A DNA stretch of 64,000 bases from the NCBI GenBank assembly GCA_035518615.1, contig DATIXL010000138.1, forward strand, positions 669 to 64,668, given 5' to 3'. Under the pieces are notes generated by a model that did no database searches, had not been told where the DNA came from, and worked only from the letters and a program-made list of their open reading frames with translations. Positions 1 through 9,200 of this stretch are shown one piece after another. A program made the translations under genes and the position numbers. Positions within the stretch are counted from its first letter, which is position 1; every line of letters begins with the position of its first letter. Source of the DNA: Terriglobales bacterium (lineage in GTDB: Bacteria > Acidobacteriota > Terriglobia > Acidiferrales > UBA7541).

Positions 1-795
1 ACTGCGCAATTCTGCACAGAATTTTGGAAAGCTGAGGTCTCTTTTCGGAAGCAACACGCACATGCTCATGCTGCCTCGATACGGTAGCCTCACAATCTGT
101 GCGCCGCCTCGCTCGATGTAAGAAAACTCTCCTGTCCGTCGCATCATTGGCACCAGTTCTTTGGCGCCGTTTTGTAGCGTAAATTCTTCTAATTTCGTCC
201 GCTCCGCTTCGAACGGAGTGATCCACAAGCCTTTGAAATACACTGCGTTTAGCGCAATCAACGGAGAGTTTTCCTCCAGTGAGCTGATGACTTCACGGAT
301 TTTTCCCCTCGTCTTTTCTTGGGCCCATCTGTTGACTTGGCCTGCCGCATCGGGTGCGCGAAAGCTGAGCGCGTGGATCGAAGCCCAGTAATGTTCCTTT
401 AACGTCTTCGCGTACTCTTCGTTGGGGACAAATCCATCGTCGCACCACAACGAGTTCGCCGTGAGCATCTCTAATCCCCGACGTTCCGTTTCCAACTGAA
501 ATCCCAACGGCCTCCCCAGTCGTTCGTAACAGTTGCCGCTGCTATTTGGATCTTCATCAAGCCGTAGTGTTTCCGCTATCTCCTTCCGTGTGTCGCCAGT
601 CGAGCCTTCGAAGAGCATGCCGAGCACCGCCCGTGCACCGTACGGGCAAACCGCAAGGTTGTGTTCGCCAGGATTCAACTTCTCAAACAAGTGAAAAGCG
701 AATTCCGTACTGCGAAGCACTCGAACAGAACCAGCGTACGGTTCGTCCTTATCAGCTGTTTTGTCTTTCTTGAGCCGAGAGAAAAGGGAGGGCAT
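1..795 (-). CDS. Serpin (serine protease inhibitor family), partial; 3' end lies beyond the left window edge
   Basis: Manual translation of an open frame from ATG at 795 (GAGGA SD upstream) to position 1: MPSLFSRLKK...EFAFHLF...NLAVCPYG...ANSLW...VNRWAQEKTRGKI...LNAVYFKGLW..PF...VPMM...LPY. These are the canonical serpin motifs. Absent from the ORF track because there is no stop codon in the window. Confidence 0.93.
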   Translation of the reverse strand, partial: MPSLFSRLKKDKTADKDEPYAGSVRVLRSTEFAFHLFEKLNPGEHNLAVCPYGARAVLGMLFEGSTGDTRKEIAETLRLDEDPNSSGNCYERLGRPLGFQLETERRGLEMLTANSLWCDDGFVPNEEYAKTLKEHYWASIHALSFRAPDAAGQVNRWAQEKTRGKIREVISSLEENSPLIALNAVYFKGLWITPFEAERTKLEEFTLQNGAKELVPMMRRTGEFSYIERGGAQIVRLPYRGSMSMCVLLPKRDLSFPKFCAELRS

Positions 796-935
796 AAGAT
801 CCTCGCGTCTTTGCGTTCTGCAATTGTTATCCAAACAACTACGTTCAGGGTCAAAGAAAGCTTTTTGAAAGAATGCCAAGTTTACCGCCAACATGGAGCC
901 TACTACCACAGTTGCCGGTTGATGTCATAACGAGG

Positions 936-1005
936 TCGGCCTCGCGACGAGCCGAGTAGACTGTGCGGTGTTCATCCCAACAGCGCTCGGAACGAAGGAG
1001 GCCGA
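936..1005 (+). ncRNA. Structured non-coding leader of the IS110 element (candidate guide/bridge-type RNA segment or RBS-sequestering hairpin)
   Basis: TCGGCCTC 936-943 pairs with GAGGCCGA 998-1005; CCGAG 952-956 with CTCGG 986-990; CTGT 961-964 with ACAG 980-983. Internal loops of 8 and 7 nt. The function is inferred. Confidence 0.4.
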
Positions 1006-1386
1006 ATGCGAATTATAGGATGTGATTTGCACGCTCGCCAGCAGACGTTGGCGATGCTCGACACCGCCACCGGAGAGCTGGTGAATCAGACCCTGACGCA
1101 TGAGGGCAACCAAGTGCGGGAGTTTTATGCTCAGCTTCCGCGGCCAGTGCGGGTGGGGATCGAAGCCACTGGCTCGATGCACTGGTTTGTGAACCTGCTG
1201 GAGGAGTTGGGAATCGAATGCCAGATCGGGGACGCTGCGAAGATTCGTGCGGCGGAGCCCCGCAAGCAGAAACATGATCGCCGCGATGCGGAACTGATTC
1301 TGAAGCTGCTGGTGGAAAACCGTTTTCCGGCGATCTGGAGACCCACGAAGGAACAGCTCGATCTGCGTGCTTTGCTGTTGCACCGC
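1006..1386 (+). pseudogene. IS110-family transposase, truncated (N-terminal DEDD/RuvC-like domain only)
   Basis: IIGCDLH, VGIEATG and KQKHDRRDA motifs. IS110-like sequence stops after ...LRALLLHR (~1386), and the ORF then runs on in unrelated sequence to 1569. The C-terminal domain is absent. Confidence 0.88.
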
Positions 1387-1451
1387 GTTAATCATGCGTG
1401 TGATGGAGGGCGTCGCAAAAAAGACGCGGATCGTTTAATCTGCTGTATCAA

Positions 1452-2411
1452 ATGGCCTTTCGAAATACCTCTGCCCTCTGTTACTTGGTTATTTCCGTAT
1501 TCTGGGAACAATTCAGCCTGTTGGTTATCGCGGCCTCGGGTGTCGCCTTCCTACTCCGCAAGCGTCTGAAGAAGCGCGCTGCCGAAGATCCGCCCGTGAA
1601 GTTCTACCGCCCGCGCTTCAATCAGCGCTCAGGAACGGCTTTTGCCGAATTGCGGCCCAACCCGGTGCTGCGCTACGCGTCGTGCCACTGCTTCGATCCG
1701 CAATACGAGGCCGACGAAAAGGAGCACCGTGGAGAAGAGAACGTTCGCCCCGCGTGGCACGAGCTCTTGCTTCATCCGGAATTTCAAGACACAGATTCTG
1801 AGGCCGGGGAATCTCTGGAAGCGTACATCGCGAAGGTTCTCGAGGAGAGGTCCGATGAGCTCAATCCGCGCGCGGAAATCGGCTCGGAGCAGTGGGAGCA
1901 GATTGTCACATTGCCCAAGACGATTGGGACCCTGAAGTCGGTTAAAGCTTTGAGCCTATATGGGAGCCACCTTGTCCGGATCCCTCCGGAGATAGGCGAC
2001 ATGACGAATTTGGAAGAATTCGATCCGTACACCTCGCGTTGCCTGCATTGGTTTCCCTACGAGATCACGAGGTGCAAGCATCTGACGCGAAGTCGGGTCA
2101 GTACGCGGTGTCTCTATGGCAATTACAAGTACAGATCTCCCTTCCCGAGATTGCCGCAGATTTCGCCCGCGCTCACACCGGCAACTTGCAGTGTCTGCGG
2201 TGGACCTTTCGCGCGAGAGCAAATACTTCAGGCGTGGATTTCACTGAGAGTTGCGACGGACGTGCTTCCGCTATTGGTGCACGCGTGCTCCAAAAAGTGC
2301 ATCGAAAACCTGCCAAGACCGGCCTTTGGTTACGTGCAGCGTCCGCATTCCGGCGGATTGGAGCTCGAACAGCCGCCAGCTGATTTCCGACAACCGCGGC
2401 CATCCTTCTAA
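1452..2411 (+). CDS. Leucine-rich-repeat-containing protein with Cys-rich C-terminus
   Basis: LRR-like LPKTIGTLKSVKALSLYGSHLVRIPPEIGDMTNLEEF, followed by STRCLYGNYK, CSVC and HACSKKC. Hydrophobic N-terminal segment. Confidence 0.75.
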   Translation: MAFRNTSALCYLVISVFWEQFSLLVIAASGVAFLLRKRLKKRAAEDPPVKFYRPRFNQRSGTAFAELRPNPVLRYASCHCFDPQYEADEKEHRGEENVRPAWHELLLHPEFQDTDSEAGESLEAYIAKVLEERSDELNPRAEIGSEQWEQIVTLPKTIGTLKSVKALSLYGSHLVRIPPEIGDMTNLEEFDPYTSRCLHWFPYEITRCKHLTRSRVSTRCLYGNYKYRSPFPRLPQISPALTPATCSVCGGPFAREQILQAWISLRVATDVLPLLVHACSKKCIENLPRPAFGYVQRPHSGGLELEQPPADFRQPRPSF

Positions 2412-2423
2412 GGACAGCCAACT

Positions 2424-2490
2424 CCTGATTAGTCGGGTTCCCGGAATAGTTCCTCCCAGCTCTCACTTGGACGGTTTCGCCGTTAACCAG
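2424..2490. repeat. Degenerate 67-bp junction repeat, copy A
   Basis: Matches copy C at 16/19 in the left box and 21/26 in the right box, with an identical 22-nt spacer length. Confidence 0.75.
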
Positions 2491-2968
2491 GGCCAGAGTG
2501 AGGCATAGCGTTCTTCCGTGTGGTCGCAGCCTCTACTTTGTAAACCTCAATCTCGATGGGATACATGTCCATGTGGCCGTATTTGCCGTCAGTCTTGATT
2601 TTCCCGACAAGCACAACATCGAGAGGCACTCTCCACTTCAGATTCGAGACTTTCTTCCGCACTTTGCGCGGTGTCCGAGATTCCCATCGCTCATCAAACT
2701 CAACCCATAACCTCATCGGAAAAGGCGCTGGGCAGGCCGGTGAGTTAATCACGGATTTTTCAAAATCCGTTTCGTAGACGGCCTGCACTCGAACCATCTT
2801 ATTTTTGAATTTGTCTGAATGCTGAAGAATGTCGCAGTAGGCGACGGTCTGGACGCTAGCAACAACTTGATTTGTAACTGCTCCAGCCCCTGTGCTCTGG
2901 GCTTGAATAGACTTGCCACAAAGAGAGCCTAGCATCAACACGGCAAGTAGAGAGCGGAAAGGGTGCAT
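2483..2968 (-). CDS. Secreted hypothetical protein (possible OB-fold-like domain)
   Basis: Signal peptide (MHPFRSLLAVLMLGSLCGKSIQA), then VAYCDIL...KMVRVQAVYETDFE. Alternative start at 2986. Confidence 0.7.
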   Translation of the reverse strand: MHPFRSLLAVLMLGSLCGKSIQAQSTGAGAVTNQVVASVQTVAYCDILQHSDKFKNKMVRVQAVYETDFEKSVINSPACPAPFPMRLWVEFDERWESRTPRKVRKKVSNLKWRVPLDVVLVGKIKTDGKYGHMDMYPIEIEVYKVEAATTRKNAMPHSGPG

Positions 2969-3010
2969 CGCGCGCAATGATAGCACTTGAGGACAAATCG
3001 GCGCTCAAGT

Positions 3011-3077
3011 CCCGATTTGTCGGCTTACCTTCCATCTTGGGGCAAGTATGTACTTGGGCGGTTTGCGCGTTTACCGG
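3011..3077. repeat. Degenerate 67-bp junction repeat, copy B
   Basis: 57/67 nt identical to copy C, ungapped. Confidence 0.85.
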
Positions 3078-3198
3078 GACCTGGCGCGACTTCTGCCATA
3101 ACTTCCGAGTTGCCGACAATCCGTCGAGTATCAGGGTGGGTCACTTCCACGAGGAGCGTGTTACACGTTCCACCGACCAGCGAAGGTCTACACTGGCG

Positions 3199-4311
3199 TC
3201 ACACGACCGCGACCTTGACGTTGTAGATCGGGGGCAGCGAATCGAACAGGCAGTCCCACTGCTCACCACCCTCTCTCCCGATCCACAGCTGACCGGTCGT
3301 CGTGCCGAAGTAGAGTGCAGGCGCCTTGAGCCGATCGATGTCCATCGCGTCGCGCAGGACGGTGAAGTAGCTCTGCTTCTTCGGCAATCCACGTGCAACC
3401 CGGCTCCACGACTCGCCGCCATTCTCGCTGCGCCAAACCGCTGGCGCGGCACTGGGACAGGAGCGCGTCGCCCCCTCAAGGGGCACGACGTATACCGTAT
3501 CGGCGTCGTGCGGGTGGACCACGATAGGAAAGCCGAAGTCCGACGGCAATCCCTTGGCGATCGACCGCCACGAGCGGCCATAGTCGTCGCTGCGTAGTAC
3601 ACCAATGTCCGGCCGGGGCCCGCCCGGCCCCGTCCAATCTGCCCATCCGCCGTGGTTCTGCATGTAGAGCCGACCGGGCGCGTCGTCGTGCCGCGCGATC
3701 TTGTGCACGCACTGACCGAACTCGGGATAGGGGTCGGGTGCGAAGCCGGCGCCGACGCCTTGATTGGACGCCCTGAATGTTTCGCCACCGTCCTCACTCA
3801 AATAGTGGCCGCCCGTTGAGATTCCCAAGTGCACGCGATTGCCGTCGCGAATGATGGTGTGCATGCAAAGCCCGCCATTGCCGGGTTGCCACTTGCGCGC
3901 GTGATCGTGGTTGCTAATACCAGGCACGAGGTCCCACGAATCGCCACCGTCATGGCTTCTGAACAAGGATGCCGGCTCGACGCCGCACCATAGCTCCTTC
4001 TTGCCACCACCGGCTTCAAGTGCCCAGATGTTGACGAGCGCGCGTCCGTCGTCTTTGGGGAACGCTGGCGCCGATTTCGTCTCCGCAAAGCTTTTCCCCA
4101 TGTTCGTCGAACGCAGCACTTTCATGCCGAAAAAAGGATTGCAGCTCGAAGCATAGAGGCGCGGTGTTCCGCGGGTGTCGATCAGCGTGGAGTATACGGG
4201 GACGCCCGGGCCAAAGGGCCCGCGCAGAGCGAAGCTGCGCCTCGGCTTCGCGGCATCCGCGACGAACACACCCTTTTTGGTGCCGATGGTGAGAATGATT
4301 CGATCCGCCAT
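3199..4311 (-). CDS. BNR/Asp-box beta-propeller protein (exo-alpha-sialidase/glycosyl hydrolase-like)
   Basis: Repeated Asp-box motifs: RSTNMGKSF, RSHDGGDSW, LSEDGGETF, RSDDYGRSW, RSENGGESW. Confidence 0.88.
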   Translation of the reverse strand: MADRIILTIGTKKGVFVADAAKPRRSFALRGPFGPGVPVYSTLIDTRGTPRLYASSCNPFFGMKVLRSTNMGKSFAETKSAPAFPKDDGRALVNIWALEAGGGKKELWCGVEPASLFRSHDGGDSWDLVPGISNHDHARKWQPGNGGLCMHTIIRDGNRVHLGISTGGHYLSEDGGETFRASNQGVGAGFAPDPYPEFGQCVHKIARHDDAPGRLYMQNHGGWADWTGPGGPRPDIGVLRSDDYGRSWRSIAKGLPSDFGFPIVVHPHDADTVYVVPLEGATRSCPSAAPAVWRSENGGESWSRVARGLPKKQSYFTVLRDAMDIDRLKAPALYFGTTTGQLWIGREGGEQWDCLFDSLPPIYNVKVAVV

Positions 4312-4313
4312 CT

Positions 4314-4601
4314 TTAGCCTCCTGAAACCGCCGGCAGGATCGTGACCACGTCCCCCGCCGCCAGCGTCGTGTCAACGCCGTTGAGGTCGCGCACATTGTC
4401 AGAGTTCACGAACATGTTCAGGTGCCGGCGTAACGTACCCGTTTCGTCACAGACATTGCGATACAAAGCAGCTTGGTTCCTCTGGAGGTCCTCAAGTGCG
4501 GCGCGCACGGTGTGTGCCGAGATCGAGAGTTGCGCTGCGCCGGCACAGTACGTGCGCAGCGGACCTGGGACATGAATCGTGATGGCCGGCGCCGAGCCCA
4601 T
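4314..4601 (-). CDS. MoaD/ThiS-family ubiquitin-like sulfur carrier protein
   Basis: ITIHVPGPLR...LRRHLNMFVN...VTILPAVSGG with C-terminal GG. The stop is 2 nt before the propeller gene start. Alternative start at 4634. Confidence 0.9.
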   Translation of the reverse strand: MGSAPAITIHVPGPLRTYCAGAAQLSISAHTVRAALEDLQRNQAALYRNVCDETGTLRRHLNMFVNSDNVRDLNGVDTTLAAGDVVTILPAVSGG

Positions 4602-4751
4602 ACTGTGAAACTTATCACTGCCAGTTGGGACCATGCAACCAACGCGATTGCAGACTGGGATCTGGCTCTACAGCTGATGTCCTGTAGAAGTGAATCAAGT
4701 CGCCATCCGCTGGCGGTTAAGTCCTGACTTACGGGCAACTCGGGCGTAGCG

Positions 4752-4818
4752 CCTGATTTTTCGGGTTGCCTTCCATCTTCGGGCTGGTATGAACTTGGGC
4801 GGTTTGCCCGTTGACCGG
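4752..4818. repeat. Degenerate 67-bp junction repeat, copy C
   Basis: CCTGATTTTTCGGGTTGCC-N22-ACTTGGGCGGTTTGCCCGTTGACCGG; homologous to copies A and B. Confidence 0.85.
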
Positions 4819-5005
4819 GCGGTGGCCGAAAGAATTTGTTTCGCTGTTCACGCGAACTGCGCCCGGACCGAAGGAGGGGGAGCCATCTTAACCCTTCCAA
4901 CGCCGAAAGGATGAAGGTTGGCACTCGCGGTAAGCTCAGGGTATATATCCATGAAGCGATTTCGGTGGTGGTGAACCACGAACCGCGGGGAGAGGTTCAG
5001 AACCC

Positions 5006-5425
5006 ATGAGCGTACAAGAACAAATCAAGAAGTATATCGCCAGCCAACTGGAGCCAAAACGCAGCGACCTGCAAGAGTTGCATCGGCTCACGCTTCAAGT
5101 GTCGCCCGAATGCAAATTATGGTTCTTCGATGGCAAGGACAGCAAAGATCATACTGTTTCCAATCCTACGATTGGATATGGATTTCACACAATAAAATAT
5201 GCCAATGGAAAAAGCAGAGAGTTTTTTCGAATTGGCGTGAGCGGAAACAAGACCGGAATCTCCGTCTATATTCTTGGCCTCAAAGATAAGAAGTACCTGG
5301 CCAAAACGTATGGGAAAAAACTGGGCAAGGCGAGCGTGACCGGATATTGCATTCGCTTTAAAGCTCTAAAGGATATAAACCTCGATACGCTGGAAGCGGC
5401 TATACGACATGGACTTGCAGCTTAG
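5006..5425 (+). CDS. DUF1801 (YdhG-like) domain protein
   Basis: NPTIGYG...KTGISVYILG...LGKASVTGYCIRFK pattern. Visibly AT-richer than its neighbours. Confidence 0.8.
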   Translation: MSVQEQIKKYIASQLEPKRSDLQELHRLTLQVSPECKLWFFDGKDSKDHTVSNPTIGYGFHTIKYANGKSREFFRIGVSGNKTGISVYILGLKDKKYLAKTYGKKLGKASVTGYCIRFKALKDINLDTLEAAIRHGLAA

Positions 5426-5640
5426 AATGAAAAAGGCAAGCTGATGAAATCATTCGAATGTTCAAGGCAAGCAGTGGTCGACGTAAAGGCGCTCCAGCAT
5501 ACGACCCCTAACCGGACAGGCGCCTGCAAGATTCAAATGGGCGGCAGAGCCGAGCACCAGGCGCGAAGCATTGGCAAATGAGGGGCTTGGGGAACCGGCA
5601 AGAGAGGAATTGAATGGCGCAAAAGGGCCAGGAGGAACCG

Positions 5641-6069
5641 ATGCCGACGATTGAGGGGAAACAAGCCAGGATTTGGATTGACGGTTATGTGAAGAAGGCC
5701 GGGAAGCTTGAGGGCGTGACGAAGGCGGTGCGGGCACTGGTGAAAAGGACGGTAAAGGGCGGCGAAGAGTACGTGAATCCGTGGAAGATTCCGTCGTTTG
5801 ATTCGAACGGGCCGCTGTGCTGCTTCATGGTGGGCAAAGAGCATGTGACATTCGCGTTTCTGCGCGGGGCGGCGCTGCCCGACCCGGAGAAACTGCTGGA
5901 GGGAACGGGAAAAGGCGTGCGACACGTGAAATTGCGGAGCGTCGCCGAGCTGAAGAGGCCGGGGGTGAAGAGATTGATTGTGGAAGCGGCGAGGCTGAAC
6001 AAGAAAGATCCACCTTCGGGGAAGATGGTGGGAATGGAAAAAAGGAAGGCGAAAACGAAAAAGAGGTAG
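5641..6069 (+). CDS. DUF1801 domain protein
   Basis: AGGAGG SD before ATG 5641; HVTFAFLRGAALPDPEKLLEGTGKGVRHVKL motif. Confidence 0.85.
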   Translation: MPTIEGKQARIWIDGYVKKAGKLEGVTKAVRALVKRTVKGGEEYVNPWKIPSFDSNGPLCCFMVGKEHVTFAFLRGAALPDPEKLLEGTGKGVRHVKLRSVAELKRPGVKRLIVEAARLNKKDPPSGKMVGMEKRKAKTKKR

Positions 6070-6222
6070 CGAAGACCGCACGAGATTGAAATTGCCACAA
6101 AGCCGGGGCCGCGAGCGGGAACAGGGAGCGCAGGCAGGGTCCGAACCAGGACAACACGGGAGACAATCTCTTGTAAGGGCGGAGCCTGACGAATAGCTGA
6201 TGGATGGACGGCCGAAAGAAAC

Positions 6223-6246
6223 AGGGGCACGACAAATCGTGCCCCT
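6223..6246 (-). terminator. Hairpin (REP-like) acting as intrinsic terminator downstream of TBDR 1
   Basis: Perfect 10-bp stem AGGGGCACGA/TCGTGCCCCT with a 4-nt loop, followed on the minus strand by GTTTCTTTC. Confidence 0.65.
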
Positions 6247-6267
6247 GAACGGAACAAGGCTGAAAAG

Positions 6268-9200
6268 CTAGAAGGCGTAGCGCAGCGAGAACTGGATGAG
6301 TCGCGGAGTGCCGACAGTGCTGGTGATTTTGCCGAACGGACTGTTCGGAACACCGATGGTTTCGACGTCGGTGACCGTGGGATTGGCGAAATTGGGATGA
6401 TTCCAGAGATTGAAGAAGTCGGTGGTGAAGCGCAGGGACTGGCGCTCGGTGAATTTGAAGTTCTTGATGAGAGAGAAGTCCCAATTCTGCTGGAACGGGC
6501 CGCGATAGATGTTGCGGCCAAGGTCTCCGAAGGCGGTGGTGCAGTAATTGGAGTCGCTGGCGCACTGCGTTGGATAGAGCAAAGGAGCCGTGGTGAAGGC
6601 AGCGGGATTGAGATAGCCATTGGTGACGCGCTGGCCGATGCTGCCGCCGGAGAGGCCGCTGGCGATGGTGGCTCCGGAAGCAAGCTGACCACCGAGCGTG
6701 CCGGGAGTGAAGCCGAGGCCGAGAAACGCGCTGCCCGCGCCGGAATCGGTGACGGAGAAGGGAGCGCCGGATTGGGCGGTGGTGATGCCGCTGACGGCCC
6801 AATTGGAAAGCAAAACGCGCTTGATGCCCTCCGCGCTTGCGAAAAAGGGAAGGTCGTAGCGGTAGCTGACGACGAAGCGGTGGGTGCGGTCGAAGTCGGA
6901 AAGGCCGCGGGAAGCGTCGAGCGACGACTCATCGTTGAAGGCGGTGTTGAAGGCGGTGTTGCCGGTGGAAGTGGCGTCGGTGGAACGCGAGAAGGTGTAG
7001 GCCGCCTGGAAATAGCCGCGGGACCAGCGGCGGGACAAGGTTGTTTGCAATGAGTTGTAGTGCGAATAAGCGTCGTTCGCAAACAGCTGGAACCCGGCAT
7101 AGCCATTGATGCCCTGGACGAGAGAGCGAGCGACGGCGTTATCGAAGGTGTTCGCAGTGATGGTGCAAGGATTCGGATTGCAGTAGGGGCTGGAGATCTT
7201 GACGGGACTCGAAGGGGTGGCGTTCTGGGATTGCAGGCTGTCTCGCGTTTCGCGCAGATGGATGGCGTGGGTGCCGATGTAGCCGACTTCAAGAACCCAG
7301 TCCTTCCCGAGGGAGCGCTGGACGGTGACGTTCCATTGCTGGGTGCTCGGAACGACAAAGTGACGCGGCACCTGCAGGCCGAAAATTCCGATAGAGCCAA
7401 GAGGACCGGGACAAGCGGCCCCGGTGGCGTTGCCGTAATTCGCGGCCTGGGTCGTATCGCCCCCGGGAAAGCCCTGAAACACCGAAAGGCAAGGGACGAA
7501 GGTGGGATCGAGAGTGCCGGCCTGAGGGAGGCCGTTGGGATTCGGATTGGGACAGCCGGCAGGAGGATTCTGCGAATAAATGCTGCCCATGCAGCCCGCG
7601 GGGCTGCCGCCGAAGGCAACGGGAAGGAAAGGGGTCTGGAAGGACAATTGGTCCACGGTACCAACATCTTCGCGAACGTAGTAAATGCCATACCCTGCGC
7701 GAATGGTGGTGGTGTGGTGGCCGAAAACGTCATAGGCCAAACCCAGCCGGGGCCCGATTCCCGTGGAGTAGTTGTTGTCGTAGGTGGTGACGCTGGAGTT
7801 GCCCGAGAGCCCGGAAAGGTTCAGAGAATTCACGCAGGAAGGATAGAGAAACGGAAAATCGCCTTGACTGGCAAGATTCGGATCGAGATTGCCGATGTGG
7901 CAATCGCCATCGTGAAACGCCCCAAACACTTCGGTGCGCAAACCAAGATTGAGCGTGAGATCCCTGGCGGCTTTCCAATCATCCTGGACGAAGACACTGT
8001 AGTTGTTCGAACGGTATTTGTGGTTGTAAACGCCGCCGCCTCCAAAGCTGAACTCCGGAGTTCCAAGGAGGAAATTCTGGAAGTCCGTGAGGCCGTCGGG
8101 CGTGTTGGTGAAGAAGAGTTCGCCATTGAAGACCTGCGGAAAATTCTTGTCGAGGTTGACGAAAGTCATGTCGCCACCGAGACGGAGCACATGCGCGCCC
8201 TTCACCCAACTGAGAGTGTCCATGAAGGTGTAGTTATTCTGAGTTTGCTGCTGGTTGCCGAACGGCGCGGGGCCAATTTCAAAGCCGGAACTGGCGAAGA
8301 CGAATTTGTAGATGGAGTCCGTGACGCTGTTGGTGGGCCTGTCTATTCCAAGGTCGTCAACGGTGACAGGCGGCACGTTGTTGAGGTCGTCGTTGATGTG
8401 CACGAAGCCGAAGCGGAATTCATTGACCAGGCTAGGGGAAAAGAGGTGCGTTTCGGTGGTGTTGAAGAAGCGCGCGTGGACAGGGGTATCGAAAGGGAAA
8501 TTCAAGGAGGCGGTGCTGATGCTGCTGGCGAGAGTGCTTCCGAGAGATTCCTGCAAATCGCCGCCGCCGAAGGGGAGATAGGCTTCGGAATCGGCAAAGA
8601 AAAAGCGGACGGAGAGCTTGTCCTCACCACCCTTGAACTCGCGATCCCAGTTGGTAGTGAACTGATCGTCCGTGTATTTGCCAGGCGAGCTGATGGCAAA
8701 AGCCCCGGTAGAAGGATTGCCGCTGGGAATCAGGAAGCCATTAGAAGTTCCGCCGAACTGATTGCTTTTGAAATTGAGCAAAGCGACAGAGACCGGATCG
8801 AGGCCGGTTACTCCGGCAGGTAGCCCGCTGGGGAAGAACGTCGAGATGAGTTCGGATTCGGAGCGCACGTCAGGCAAATTCGGAATCGTGGTGCTGATGA
8901 AGGTGCCGGGAGAGAGACCGCTGCGCTGGCGCGTCCCCTGGTAATTCACAAAAAAGAAGCCGGCCTTTTCATTGACGACGGGGCCGCCAAGGCTTCCGCC
9001 AAAAATGTTCTGCTTTACGGAGGGACGAGCGAGTCCCTGCTGGTTCAGGAAGAAATCGTTGGCATTAAGGATGTCGTTGCGAAAAAACTCGTAGGCATCG
9101 CCGTGGAGTTCTCTAGTGCCGGACTTGAGAATGGCATTAACGTTGCCGCCGCCGTTGCGGCCCTGGCTGGCGTCGTAGAGCGAGGTCTGGACCTTGAACT

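Noticed and set aside
642-654. 13-nt match (ACGGGCAAACCGC) between the serpin gene and repeat C
   Set aside because: It lies in a conserved coding motif (AVCP), and the flanks do not extend to the second box; treated as chance.
1387-1569. C-terminal extension of the 187-aa IS110 ORF
   Set aside because: Read-through into unrelated sequence that overlaps the LRR gene in another frame; no transposase motifs.
2416-4818. Calling the junction repeats integron attC sites or DGR repeats
   Set aside because: AAC...GTT ends can be found for copies A and C, but the conserved boxes are not mutually complementary and only copy C folds moderately. Differences are not adenine-specific, and no integrase or reverse transcriptase is in the window.
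5685-8823. Long ORFs of 682, 325 and 587 aa overlapping TBDR 1
   Set aside because: Shadow or antisense frames of a GC-rich gene, with Pro/Arg/Ser- or Gly/Val-biased translations and no motifs.
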